Assembly (NCBI GenBank): GCA_020832905.1
Contig: JAJHRG010000001.1
Coordinates: 64,809-128,808, forward strand
Reading direction: 5' to 3'
Length of the DNA: 64,000 nt
Source: Thermoproteota archaeon
GTDB lineage: Archaea > Thermoproteota > Methanomethylicia > Methanomethylicales > Methanomethylicaceae
Both the position numbers and the translations under genes were made by a program. Shown piece after piece: positions 1-13,413 of the stretch. Below the pieces are notes generated by a model that saw only the letters and a list, made by a program, of their open reading frames with translations, had not been told where the DNA came from and ran no database searches. The stretch's first letter is position 1. Each line of letters begins with the position of its first letter.

Positions 1-39
1 TTGAACCAATTGATTTTATTAATCCTTCTAATGACATTA

Positions 40-3357
<3,318 letters not shown>

Positions 3358-3361
3358 AATA

Positions 3362-3601
3362 TCACCATGGAACTACATATCTATATGCTATAGCTTCTCC
3401 TGCAATTTCACTTTTTCTTATAATCATTATTACATCACCTGGTTTAGCACCTAAAGCTTTACACATAGGATCATTCTTTCTTATCCATGGAAGTTGTTCT
3501 TTTCTTATACCATAGGTCTTTTTAAGGTTTTCTACTTCTTCTTTAGAGAGAATTCTAGCTTTAGGAACTAATTCATGTTTAAAAATATCAAACTTTACCA
3601 A
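3362..3601 (-). CDS. rpoH: RNA polymerase subunit H (Rpo5)
   Basis: HELVPK...QLPWI...DP...GDVI...YRYVV; start reset to TTG at 3601 after a GGTGA SD because the longer track ORF runs into tRNA-Tyr. Confidence 0.95.
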   Translation of the reverse strand: MVKFDIFKHELVPKARILSKEEVENLKKTYGIRKEQLPWIRKNDPMCKALGAKPGDVIMIIRKSEIAGEAIAYRYVVPW

Positions 3602-3674
3602 TAACTCATCACCAACCCGAGTAGAAAGTAGGCATATTTTGAGAAATTTTTCTAGTTTATAAAGTTTCCTATTG

Positions 3675-3813
3675 TGGTCCCGCCCGCCGGATTTGAACCA
3701 GCGACCACCCGGTTTATGCCCAGCTGGCACAGATTCATCTTAATGCCATTTGGCAATATCATCTGTGCGACAATGGTCTACAGCCGGGCGCTCTACCGCT
3801 GAGCTAGGGCGGG
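3675..3813 (-). tRNA. tRNA-Tyr(GTA) with 64-nt intron at 37/38 (intron 3714..3777), CCA encoded
   Basis: Acceptor CCCGCCC/GGGCGGG, anticodon arm CCCGG-CTGTAG^A-CCGGG, T-loop TTCAAAT. Confidence 0.93.
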
Positions 3814-3859
3814 ACCAATTTTAAATTAGAAACTTTTTTATTTAAGTTTTTTTTAATAT

Positions 3860-5020
3860 TTAAGGTCTTACACCAAGAACTAAGGAAATATTAACTATTT
3901 TTCCAGTTCTAAATATACCAATATTTACCTCTTGACCTGGTTTTTTATTTCTCTCAATATAAGATAATAATTCTTCCATATTTTTAATAATATGATTATC
4001 TATAGAGATAATAATATCTCCATCTGCATAAATTTGTTTTCCAGCAATTGTAATAATTTTTGTTCCTCCTTTTATACCAGCTTTTTCTGCAGGACTACCT
4101 TTAGCAACTGATTGTACTAGAACACCATATGTAAAATTAATTCCTATAGCCTTAGCTATATTATAGTCAATATCAATTCCACTTATTCCAATATATGGAT
4201 GATCATATTTTCCTTTTTTTACTAAATCATCTATTTCTCTAATTAATGTATCAGAAGGAATAGCAAATCCTACATTTTGTGCTCCCGGAATAATTGCAGT
4301 AGTTATACCAACAACTCTTCCATAAGCATCTAATAATGGTCCACCAGAATTACCTGGATTTATTGGTGTAGTAATTTGTATTAAATCTGCTAACAAATAA
4401 CTTCCTGTTATTTCAGTAGTTATAGCTCTTCCTAATTGACTTACTATACCAGATGTAAGTGTTGACTGAAGACCATAAGGATTTCCAACTGCAATAACAA
4501 AATCTCCAACTCTTAAAGTTGATGATGAGATAACAGGTAATGGTATTAATTTTTCTTTAGGTGCATAAACTTTCAATATTGCTAAATCACTATATTGATC
4601 TTTTCCTATAATATCAAAGGGATATGCTTCTCCATCAAAAAAAGTAACTGAGCCATTTACCATATTATTAACTACATGAAAATTTGTAACAATAAGTGGT
4701 TCTCCAGTTAAATTAACAATAAATCCTGAACCTATTACTTCACTATAATAATTAGTAAATATATCTTTTACAATATTAAAGCCCTTAATCATAACTACAG
4801 AGCACTTTACCTTTTCATAAATATCAGATAAACTAACATTAACTTGCTGATTTATAATTTGAATATTACTTTCTCTTAATTCAAGAAATGAAATTTTTTT
4901 CTTAAGAGAATCAATTTCTGACATTAGATTTTGTATTTCATTATAAGAAATAGCATAACCAATATATGCTCCAATAATAAATAATAGAAGAGATAATGAA
5001 ATTACTTGCTTAGTCTCCAT
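3860..5020 (-). CDS. htrA: Membrane-anchored HtrA/DegP-like serine protease with PDZ domain
   Basis: N-terminal TM; TNFHVV, DLA and GNSGGPL catalytic motifs; C-terminal PDZ (GSPAEKAGI). Confidence 0.93.
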   Translation of the reverse strand: METKQVISLSLLLFIIGAYIGYAISYNEIQNLMSEIDSLKKKISFLELRESNIQIINQQVNVSLSDIYEKVKCSVVMIKGFNIVKDIFTNYYSEVIGSGFIVNLTGEPLIVTNFHVVNNMVNGSVTFFDGEAYPFDIIGKDQYSDLAILKVYAPKEKLIPLPVISSSTLRVGDFVIAVGNPYGLQSTLTSGIVSQLGRAITTEITGSYLLADLIQITTPINPGNSGGPLLDAYGRVVGITTAIIPGAQNVGFAIPSDTLIREIDDLVKKGKYDHPYIGISGIDIDYNIAKAIGINFTYGVLVQSVAKGSPAEKAGIKGGTKIITIAGKQIYADGDIIISIDNHIIKNMEELLSYIERNKKPGQEVNIGIFRTGKIVNISLVLGVRP

Positions 5021-5077
5021 AATCGTATATTCGGTAAAGCTTATTAAAATGTTTTCTAATTTCTTAAATTAGCTTTA

Positions 5078-5155
5078 GCCCCGATAGTATAGCCCGGCCT
5101 AGAATGCTGGCCTGTCGAGCCAGCGACCCGGGTTCAAATCCCGGTCGGGGCGCCA
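5078..5155 (+). tRNA. tRNA-Asp(GTC), CCA encoded
   Basis: GCCCCGA/TCGGGGC acceptor; CTGGC-CTGTCGA-GCCAG anticodon arm. Confidence 0.96.
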
Positions 5156-5225
5156 TATTTTTATATTTTTAAGAAAGAAAAAATAGTCTTATTTTTGATA
5201 ATATTTTTAAGTTGGTGATAAATTA

Positions 5226-6740
5226 TTGAGTAAAGAAAAAGTAAGATTAGCATATTCTGCTCTATATCTAGCATTACAAGGATTAATATCTTCAATACTT
5301 GGAATAATTTATTTTGCATTTATTGCAAGACTTTTATTAGAAGTATCAGATTTAGGAAAAATAGTATCAATTTCAATATTTTCTGATCTCTTAGTAACAT
5401 TAACAACACTTTCAATTTCATCAGCAATTACTAAGTATTTTTCTGAAAGTATAGGCAAGGGAGATAAGGAAGAAGCATATGGTATTATAGCAAATGGTTT
5501 TAAGTTTTTACTACTTTCTTCTATATTAAGTAGTATAGTTTGTATAATATTTGCTAAACAAATATCTTTAGTTTTTTTAAAAAATTCAGAAGATTTCTTT
5601 TATTTTTGGTTATTATCAATTCATATATTCTTTATAATTCTATCTCAAGTATTTACTTCTGTAATATATGCAACACAAATGTTTAAAGAATATTTTATCA
5701 TATACACATTATCAAATTCTACCAAGACATTTGTATCAATAATATTATTGAAAATAGGATTTGGAGTAATTGGAGTAATAATTGCTTGGATTACTAGTAG
5801 TTTCTTACTTCTTGTAGTTTCAATAATATTTTCTAAAAATTTATTAAAAATAAGAAAAGGATACTTTCCATTTAAAACTATGTTAAAGTATTCCATTCCA
5901 ATTTATGGTTCTTCTATTATTTCTTATTTTCAATCAACCATAGATAAGTACATATTATTGTTATTAATAGATCCAGAGGCACTTGGATTATATGCTCCAG
6001 CAGTAACTGCTATGGCATATGTAGCTGGATTTTCAGGATATATTACATCAGCAATTTTTCCAAAAATATCAGAACTTTTTGGTAAAAAAGATTTAATTAC
6101 TATGTCTAAAAGTCTAAAGGAAGCTTCTAGATATTCTTCTATAATTTATATTCCATTAGCATTTGGCTTAGCTGCTGTTGCTATTCCTACAATAGATCTT
6201 TTTGCAGGAAGTCGATATTTAGAAGGAGGATTACCATTAATGATATTAGCATTAACATCAATAATATTACCAATTAATAATACCTTAGGAATTTATTTTG
6301 CTTCAATTGGTAATACTAAGGTATTTTTTATTTCATCATTATTTTCACTTATTATGGAAAGTATTTTATCACTAATGATAATTCCAAAATTAAGTATAAT
6401 AGGTGCAGCATTAAGTAGAGGTTTATCAGTATTTTTTAGTTTTATTGTTTTTTTAATTTACTTAGATAATAAAAAAATTATAGATTGGAAGACTTTTTCA
6501 AAGATTTCTTTTGTTTCATTATTAATGAGTATAGTAGTATATTGTTTAACATTAATTATTTATTCTAAGTATTTTCTTCCAATTTATATAATGATAGGTG
6601 GTATAATCTATATTATATTAATACTCAAATTTAGAATTATAAATAAAAATGATATTGAGCTTATCTTAAGCTTATTTCCAGAAAAAATTAGAAATAAACT
6701 TAAGATAATAATTCATAGATTTTCTCTTTTATCCAGTTAA
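5226..6740 (+). CDS. MOP-superfamily oligosaccharide flippase (Wzx/RfbX-like)
   Basis: 504 aa, many TM segments, DKYIL...GLYAPA pattern typical of polysaccharide flippases. Confidence 0.8.
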   Translation: MSKEKVRLAYSALYLALQGLISSILGIIYFAFIARLLLEVSDLGKIVSISIFSDLLVTLTTLSISSAITKYFSESIGKGDKEEAYGIIANGFKFLLLSSILSSIVCIIFAKQISLVFLKNSEDFFYFWLLSIHIFFIILSQVFTSVIYATQMFKEYFIIYTLSNSTKTFVSIILLKIGFGVIGVIIAWITSSFLLLVVSIIFSKNLLKIRKGYFPFKTMLKYSIPIYGSSIISYFQSTIDKYILLLLIDPEALGLYAPAVTAMAYVAGFSGYITSAIFPKISELFGKKDLITMSKSLKEASRYSSIIYIPLAFGLAAVAIPTIDLFAGSRYLEGGLPLMILALTSIILPINNTLGIYFASIGNTKVFFISSLFSLIMESILSLMIIPKLSIIGAALSRGLSVFFSFIVFLIYLDNKKIIDWKTFSKISFVSLLMSIVVYCLTLIIYSKYFLPIYIMIGGIIYIILILKFRIINKNDIELILSLFPEKIRNKLKIIIHRFSLLSS

Positions 6741-7722
6741 AATTACCATTAATGATATTCTTTTTGTGAAAAATTTCTTCATAAATTTTTCTACCAAATT
6801 CATCATCATTTTTAACCTTTAATATTATAGAATTTGGATGTAATTTTCCTTCTTTTATTAATCCATCTTTATCACCATCAATTATTCCTATAATTGGAAT
6901 ATCAAATCTTTCTAAGATGTCTCCTACAATAGATGTAGTATCATCACCTACTGTTACAGCACAACATATACCTTCTTCTATAAACTTAAAAATATCATAA
7001 CCAGCATGTTCTATATAAGCAATTTTCTCTTTTTTAACCATAGGAATATATGCTCTTTTACTTACTTCATCTCTTAATAGAGAAATTGAATCAATTTTTG
7101 CATTTTTTAAATCAATTTTTCCAATTTTCTCAATACCATGTTTTTTAATCTCTACACCTTTTATATCAATAATATTACCATTTTCACAAACTATAACTAC
7201 ATTATCATCTCTAACTTTTCCAACTATTATACCATTAATTAATAACCAATCTCCAATTTCAGTTGCTAATACTTTCCTATATTCTCTATTTCCATCTATC
7301 CAATAATTATTTCCAAAATCTATTCCTTTCATTAAATTAAATTTTAAATCATTAGCAATTCTTTTAGCTATGTCTTTTATTTCTTCATTAATATAAGCAA
7401 CAGTATGAGTATTTGTTTCTATTCCCATTATAGGATATTTAATTTTCTTTGAAAGATGCCAAATATCAGCAAGCATTCGATTAACTGATGTTGTATGTGT
7501 TGCACTAATAACTAAATCAAAATTCTCTTTATTTATCCAATCTACAAATCTTTCTTTTAAGATAATAACATTACTAATATTATTATCCATCATAGCAATT
7601 CTTCCCATAGTTCCTGCTACAACACAACATAACTCTCCATAATTTTTTATAACATCTATAATACGATTTGCCCAACCATTATCAAAAATTTTTGACATAT
7701 GAAATCTTAAGCAAATTCTCAT
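6700..7722 (-). CDS. DUF2117-family conserved archaeal protein
   Basis: AGTMGR, INGIIVG, TVGDDTT and PIIGIIDGD motifs recalled for DUF2117; start taken at MRICLRFH. Confidence 0.7.
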   Translation of the reverse strand: MRICLRFHMSKIFDNGWANRIIDVIKNYGELCCVVAGTMGRIAMMDNNISNVIILKERFVDWINKENFDLVISATHTTSVNRMLADIWHLSKKIKYPIMGIETNTHTVAYINEEIKDIAKRIANDLKFNLMKGIDFGNNYWIDGNREYRKVLATEIGDWLLINGIIVGKVRDDNVVIVCENGNIIDIKGVEIKKHGIEKIGKIDLKNAKIDSISLLRDEVSKRAYIPMVKKEKIAYIEHAGYDIFKFIEEGICCAVTVGDDTTSIVGDILERFDIPIIGIIDGDKDGLIKEGKLHPNSIILKVKNDDEFGRKIYEEIFHKKNIINGNFNWIKEKIYELLS

Positions 7723-7763
7723 TATCATTAAAGATAAAAAATTCAAAGAGTGATATATTATTT

Positions 7764-8465
7764 ATGGTTAAAATTTCTGTTATCATTCCTACATATAATG
7801 AAGAAAAAAATATTGCACGTATACTTTATTGTTTATCAAAACAAACATTACCAAGAAAGAATTATGAAATTATAGTAGTTGATGGTGGAAGTAAAGATAG
7901 AACTATAGAAATTGCATCAAAATATGCAGATAAAGTTATAATGCAAAAAAGTAAAGGTGTAGGAGGAGCAAGAAATGATGGTGCTATAATTGCAAAAGGA
8001 GAAATTCTTGTTCATACAGATGCAGATGTTATTGTAGAGAAAGATTGGCTTGAAAATATATTAAAAAATTTTCATAATGATGTAATAGCAGTATGTGGAA
8101 TAGAAGAACCATTAGAGAATGAAATAAAATATAGAATACTTTACATTATTATAAATTTAATTACATATATAGCAGCAAAAATAGGAATTGTATGGACAAG
8201 AGGTACAAACACTGCAGTACGTAGGGATATTTTTTTAAAAATTGGAGGTTATAAGGATTATCCTATATGTGATGATGGAGAATTAGGATTAAGATTAAGA
8301 AAAATTGGTAAAGTGGTTTATTCTAATAAAATTATTGTAAAAGTATCATTAAGAAGATTTAAGAAATATGGAATATTAAAAGTAATTAAAGAATGGATAA
8401 AAGGAGATATAATGATTCTCATGGGAAAAAGACCTTATGCTAAATATCACAAAGAAATATATTAA
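7764..8465 (+). CDS. Glycosyltransferase family 2
   Basis: ISVIIPTYNEE, VDGGSKD, DAD motif; start taken at ATG 7764. Confidence 0.92.
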   Translation: MVKISVIIPTYNEEKNIARILYCLSKQTLPRKNYEIIVVDGGSKDRTIEIASKYADKVIMQKSKGVGGARNDGAIIAKGEILVHTDADVIVEKDWLENILKNFHNDVIAVCGIEEPLENEIKYRILYIIINLITYIAAKIGIVWTRGTNTAVRRDIFLKIGGYKDYPICDDGELGLRLRKIGKVVYSNKIIVKVSLRRFKKYGILKVIKEWIKGDIMILMGKRPYAKYHKEIY

Positions 8466-8603
8466 ATATTAGTCATTATTCCACTTAATTATATTACTGA
8501 AACCAGTCCTAAAGAACAAAAATCCCTTTTGGAAGGTTGAATTCAACTTCTTCTTTGATTTTTAATATGTAACCTTTAGTATTTTTCAATTAAAACCTAG
8601 ATA

Positions 8604-8678
8604 CGGGTCCGCCGGGATTTGAACCCGGGACCTTCGGCTCCGAAGGCCGACGCGCTATCCATGCTGCGCTACGGACCC
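8604..8678 (-). tRNA. tRNA-Arg(TCG), CCA not encoded
   Basis: GGGTCCG/CGGACCC acceptor; TCGGC-CTTCGGA-GCCGA anticodon arm. Confidence 0.95.
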
Positions 8679-8724
8679 ATAATAGAAATTGAAAAAGTTT
8701 AATATTAACATTCCTAATTAATAA

Positions 8725-9039
8725 GTGGGAATAAAAATGTCAAAAAATGAAGAAAAATCAAATAAAGAACTTGTATTACCTACAGAAGGACAAGTAGTTG
8801 GGATTATAGTTCAGCTTTTAGGTTTTAATAGAGTTAAAGTGAAATGTGCTGATGGTAAGACTAGAATATGTAGAATTCCAGGAAAAATGATAAAAAAAGT
8901 TTGGTTAAAAGAAGGAGATGTTGTTTTAGTTGCACCATGGGAATTTCAATATGATGAAAAAGGTGATATTATATGGCGTTATGAAAAAAATGAAATTAAA
9001 GAATTAAAAGAAAGAGGATTATTGGGAGTATTAGCTTAA
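8725..9039 (+). CDS. eif1a: Translation initiation factor aIF-1A
   Basis: GKTRICRIPGKM.KKVWLKEGDVVLVAPWEFQ...DIIWRY. Confidence 0.96.
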   Translation: MGIKMSKNEEKSNKELVLPTEGQVVGIIVQLLGFNRVKVKCADGKTRICRIPGKMIKKVWLKEGDVVLVAPWEFQYDEKGDIIWRYEKNEIKELKERGLLGVLA

Positions 9040-9041
9040 AG

Positions 9042-9809
9042 TTGATTATAATGTGGAAAGATGATATTACTAGAGAAATTGAAAAAAGAAGATTAAAAAT
9101 AAGAAAAGATGAAGATTTATTTGAAACTGTTGAAGAAGTTTTTGATACTCGTACTTTAATGGCACTTTATAAAATAATAAATAAAGGTATTATAAGTGAA
9201 ATGAGAGGAGTAGTAAAAAGTGGAAAAGAGTCAAGAGTTTATTGGGCAAAAGATAAGAATGATAATGATCTTGCAGTTAAAATATATCTTACATCATCTA
9301 TGGAATTTAGAAAAGGTATATTTCAATATATTCAAGGAGATCCAAGATTTAAAGTAGTAAAAGATTATAGGAAAATCATATACACTTGGGCGCAAAAAGA
9401 ATTTAAAAATCTTCAAATTGCTTATGATGCAGAAGTTTCAGTACCAAGACCAATATATGTTTATGAAAATATTTTAGTAATGGAATTTATAGGAGAGGAT
9501 GGAGTACCTGCACCATTATTAAGAGATTTACCTACATTAAATATAGAATTATTTAATCAAATAATAGAATCTATTAAGAAGCTTTATAATAAGGCAAAAT
9601 TAGTACATGCAGATTTAAGTGAATATAACATCATGGTGAATAATAATAAAATTTATATTATAGATTTTGGACAAGCAGTAACACTTGAACATCCTATGAG
9701 TTATGAATTTTTACTAAGAGATATTAGAAATATTGTAAGATTTTTTAGAAAAAGTGGAATTGAAGTTCCAGATGATGAGGCGATATTAAAATGGATAAAG
9801 GAAGCATAA
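9042..9809 (+). CDS. rio1: RIO1 serine/threonine kinase
   Basis: SGKESRVY, AVKIY, LVHADLSEYN, IIDFGQAV; conserved position after aIF-1A. Confidence 0.95.
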   Translation: MIIMWKDDITREIEKRRLKIRKDEDLFETVEEVFDTRTLMALYKIINKGIISEMRGVVKSGKESRVYWAKDKNDNDLAVKIYLTSSMEFRKGIFQYIQGDPRFKVVKDYRKIIYTWAQKEFKNLQIAYDAEVSVPRPIYVYENILVMEFIGEDGVPAPLLRDLPTLNIELFNQIIESIKKLYNKAKLVHADLSEYNIMVNNNKIYIIDFGQAVTLEHPMSYEFLLRDIRNIVRFFRKSGIEVPDDEAILKWIKEA

Positions 9810-10387
9810 ATAGAATTTATTTAAAAATACCATTAGATAGAATTGGTGTAGTAATTGGAGAAGGAGGAGAAGTAAAAAGTGAAATTGAAAAAAGAACAGA
9901 AACAAAAATTCATATTGATAGTAAGACTGGAGAAGTTATAATAGAACCATCTTCAGAAAAATGTAATCCTGCAAATATTTTAAAAGCAAAAGATGTAATA
10001 ACAGCTATTGCATTAGGATTTAGTCATGAAAGAGCTTTTAGATTATTTGAAGAAAATCAAGTTTTAGATGTTATAAATTTAAAAGAAATAATAGGAAGTG
10101 AAAGAGAGAAATTAATAAGAATTAAAGGAAGAATAATTGGAGAAAAAGGAAAAACAAGAAGAATTATAGAAGAACAGACAGGAGCTTATGTTTCAGTTCA
10201 TGAAAATACAGTAGCAATAATAGGAGATTATGAAGAAGTAAGAGTAGCTAGAGAAGCCATAGAAATGCTTATAAAAGGAATGCAACATGCAACAGTTTAC
10301 AGATTTTTAAATAGAAAACACTTTGAATTAAAGAAAAGAGAAATTTCATTATGGGAAGAAAGAATTGAATTAAAGGAGGATACATAA
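9791..10387 (+). CDS. KH-domain pre-rRNA processing protein (Dim2/Pno1-like)
   Basis: Two GxxG KH loops (IGEGG, IGEKG); HATVYRFL; conserved aIF1A-rio1-KH cluster. Confidence 0.92.
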   Translation: MDKGSINRIYLKIPLDRIGVVIGEGGEVKSEIEKRTETKIHIDSKTGEVIIEPSSEKCNPANILKAKDVITAIALGFSHERAFRLFEENQVLDVINLKEIIGSEREKLIRIKGRIIGEKGKTRRIIEEQTGAYVSVHENTVAIIGDYEEVRVAREAIEMLIKGMQHATVYRFLNRKHFELKKREISLWEERIELKEDT

Positions 10388-11931
10388 TGTCTAGTGAGAA
10401 ATTTAAAGCTATTTCTGTTGCTGATTTTTTCTATAAAAATAGAGAAATTGCAGGATTTGATAATCCTGTAAGAGCAACATATACAATAATTAGAGAGCTT
10501 GTAGAAAATGCACTTGATGCTTGTGAGCAATACTCTATATTACCAGATATAAGAGTAAAACTAATAGATGAAGGAAACTCAATATATAGATTAATAGTAG
10601 AAGATAATGGAATTGGAATACCTTATGAACAAATACCTTATGCTTTTGGACAAGTATTATTTGGATCTAAATATACATTAAGACAAAGTAGAGGTATTTT
10701 TGGACTTGGAGGAAAGATGGCAGTTTTATATGGTCAAATAACAGCTCATAGTAATGTTAAAGTAACTTCAAGTCAAGGTGGATATGAAAAATATATGTTT
10801 GAATTATGTATAAATATTCAGGAAAATAAGCCAATAATAAAGAAAAAAGAAATTAAACCAAATCCTGGTAGATGGAGAGGAACTATAGTAGAAATTAAAT
10901 TTGAAGGAGATTATACTAGAGCAAAACCAAAAATTATAGAGTATTTTAGACAAACATCAATAATTTTACCTTATGCAAATATTTTATTTATAGATCCTGA
11001 TGGTGTACTTTATAGATTTGATAGAATAACAACAGTAATGCCTAAGCCTCCTAAAGAAGTAAAACCTCATCCTCATGGAGTAGATATAGAAATGATTAAT
11101 AGAATGATTAATACAAGTAGATGTTCTACTTTACTTGATTTTTTAGTAAATAACTTCCATAGAGTTGGAGTTGCTACAGCATTAAAATTTCTAAAAAGTG
11201 TAAAAATTGATCCAGAAACAAATCCAAGAGATTTAAAACCTGAAGATATTGTAAAATTAGTAAATAAAATGAAAACCTATGATAAATTTAGACCACCTGA
11301 TCCTAATTGTTTATCATGTATTGGTCCTGAATTACTTAAAGCAGGAATTATTAGAGAATTTAATCCTGAGTTTGTAGCAGTAACTCAAAGAAAACCATCT
11401 GCTTATTCTGGTCATCCATTTATAGTTGAGGCTGCTATAGCTTATGGAGGAAGAATACCAATAACTTCTGCAGATGAAATTCTAGTATATAGATTTGCAA
11501 ATAAAATCCCATTACTTTATGATCTACATAATGATGTAACAATGAAAGTTATTAAGAAAATAAATTGGAAAAGATATAAAATTGATTTAGGTAATATGCC
11601 ATTAGCATTTTTTGTTCATATATGTTCTACTAAAATACCATATAAAACTGTAGGAAAAGAGTATATTGCAGATAGACCTGAAGTTGAATATGAAATAGAA
11701 TGGGCATTAAAAACATGTGCAAGAAAATTAAGAATATATTTATCAAAAAAAGAAAAAATGAATATTGCACATAGAAGATATGCTATTATTGAAAAATACT
11801 TGCCAATAATTTCACAAATATCTACAGAACTTGCAAATGAAAATACTCCACCAAATTATGAAAAAATCTTAAAGAGGTTACAAGTATATGCAGAAGGAAG
11901 TGAACAAAGAAGTATTATCCAAGTTAGTTGA
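10387..11931 (+). CDS. top6B: DNA topoisomerase VI subunit B
   Basis: GHKL motifs ELVENALDA, DNGIG, SRGIFGLG; RFANKIPLLY. Confidence 0.98.
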   Translation: MSSEKFKAISVADFFYKNREIAGFDNPVRATYTIIRELVENALDACEQYSILPDIRVKLIDEGNSIYRLIVEDNGIGIPYEQIPYAFGQVLFGSKYTLRQSRGIFGLGGKMAVLYGQITAHSNVKVTSSQGGYEKYMFELCINIQENKPIIKKKEIKPNPGRWRGTIVEIKFEGDYTRAKPKIIEYFRQTSIILPYANILFIDPDGVLYRFDRITTVMPKPPKEVKPHPHGVDIEMINRMINTSRCSTLLDFLVNNFHRVGVATALKFLKSVKIDPETNPRDLKPEDIVKLVNKMKTYDKFRPPDPNCLSCIGPELLKAGIIREFNPEFVAVTQRKPSAYSGHPFIVEAAIAYGGRIPITSADEILVYRFANKIPLLYDLHNDVTMKVIKKINWKRYKIDLGNMPLAFFVHICSTKIPYKTVGKEYIADRPEVEYEIEWALKTCARKLRIYLSKKEKMNIAHRRYAIIEKYLPIISQISTELANENTPPNYEKILKRLQVYAEGSEQRSIIQVS

Positions 11932-12967
11932 ATTAGGAAAAGAAATTTATAAGCAAATAGAAAGAGGAGAATTTCCTAAGATAAAAATTCCAATAAGAAG
12001 TACATCAAATATTATATTTGATAGAACACTAAATCAATTAATTTTAGGACCAGAAGTTTCTGAAAGAAGTGCAGGAAATATAAAGCAAATAAGATCTTTA
12101 GCTCAATTTTTATGGGTTGCAGCATTTGCAAAAAAACTTATAGAAGAAGGAAAGAGTAGTACATTAAGAGATTTATTTTATCATTCTCTTAATTATGAAA
12201 TAAGATTTAGAAAACAAATAGAATCAAATGAAACAGTAGCAGATTTAGAAGCATATCTAGGAGTACCCAGAGAAAGTTTTAATATATTTCCAAAGGAAAG
12301 AGCTTCAATATTTGGAGATATTACAATTGAATATACAACACCTGAAACACATAAAGGAGTAAGAGTAAATTTAAGTTCAAATCCTGATGGAGTAATGATA
12401 GGACTTTCAGTTGCTCATTCAGAATTTATATCATGTAATGCAGATAAGGTTTTTGTAATAGAAAAAAATGCAATATTTAGAAGATTTATAGAAGAAAGAG
12501 TACATGTAAAGTTTAATGCAATACTAATAGATACTGCAGGACAAGCACCTAGAATGGCAAGATTACTAATAAGAAGATTAAATGAAGAACTTGGTCTACC
12601 AGTCTATATACTTACAGATGCAGATCCATGGGGTATGCATATTGCTATGGTTATAATAAAAGGATCTGCAAATGCAGCTCATTTAAGAGAATTAACAACA
12701 CCAAAAGCAAAATGGATCGGATTATGGGCTACTGATATAAGAAGATTTAATTTACCATCTTTTCCTCTTTCAAAACTTGATGAAGAAAGAATAAAAAAAC
12801 TTGAAGAAGATCCAAGATATAGAGATTTTGAGTGGCAATGTGAATTACAGGAATTTAAAAAAATAAAAAGAAGAGCTGAACTTGAAAGTTTTAGTGCTTA
12901 TGGATTAAATGCTATAGTTGAAAAATACCTACCAAAGAAGCTAAAAATTATAGAAGAAATAAGTTAA
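11888..12967 (+). CDS. top6A: DNA topoisomerase VI subunit A
   Basis: TLRDLFY catalytic Tyr region, IEK, TDADPWG TOPRIM motif. Confidence 0.98.
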   Translation: MQKEVNKEVLSKLVELGKEIYKQIERGEFPKIKIPIRSTSNIIFDRTLNQLILGPEVSERSAGNIKQIRSLAQFLWVAAFAKKLIEEGKSSTLRDLFYHSLNYEIRFRKQIESNETVADLEAYLGVPRESFNIFPKERASIFGDITIEYTTPETHKGVRVNLSSNPDGVMIGLSVAHSEFISCNADKVFVIEKNAIFRRFIEERVHVKFNAILIDTAGQAPRMARLLIRRLNEELGLPVYILTDADPWGMHIAMVIIKGSANAAHLRELTTPKAKWIGLWATDIRRFNLPSFPLSKLDEERIKKLEEDPRYRDFEWQCELQEFKKIKRRAELESFSAYGLNAIVEKYLPKKLKIIEEIS

Positions 12968-13011
12968 TATGCGTAAAGTTTAATATGGCTTATTGAATTC
13001 AATTTAGTTGA

Positions 13012-13088
13012 GCCGCGGTAGCTCAGCCTGGTAGAGCGGCGGGCTGTTAACCCGTCGGTCGAAGGTTCGAGTCCTTCCCGCGGCGCCA
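13012..13088 (+). tRNA. tRNA-Asn(GTT), CCA encoded
   Basis: GCCGCGG/CCGCGGC acceptor; GCGGG-CTGTTAA-CCCGT anticodon arm. Confidence 0.96.
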
Positions 13089-13280
13089 CTTTCTATTTTT
13101 ATTTGTATAAAAGGAATATATGGTTGTATTTTTATTATATTATTCTAGATGATGAGAGGCTAATGTTCCTAGGTATATAGATGCAGAAAAAATAGTTTTA
13201 TTAAAGGATTACTGATTAACTTTTCAAGATGAAATCAAAATAAAAAACTTTAAATTATTTAAAAAATAAATATTAATTGT

Positions 13281-13412
13281 ATGTGCTTTATTGGAGCTCC
13301 ATTTATTTATATAGATGTAGAAAAGATTTTAAGTGAAGAAGAAACTAAAGAAGGAATTAAAATAACTAAGGAAAATAAAAAGCCCATAATTGCTATTCCA
13401 TTATGCAAATAA
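13281..13412 (+). CDS. Small 43-aa ORF missed by the track (MCFIGAPFIY...IIAIPLCK)
   Basis: Read manually; open ATG..TAA, stop lies 1 nt before the next ATG (13414). Confidence 0.5.
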   Translation: MCFIGAPFIYIDVEKILSEEETKEGIKITKENKKPIIAIPLCK

Positions 13413-13413
13413 T

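Noticed and set aside
3602-3730. Apparent 43-aa N-terminal extension of RpoH in the ORF track
   Set aside because: It reads through the tRNA-Tyr gene; a TTG with a GGTGA SD at 3601 gives a normal-length RpoH
8466-8603. Short minus-strand coding-like fragment (KGYILKIKEEVEFNLPKGIFVL) next to tRNA-Arg
   Set aside because: Too short, no start codon or recognisable family
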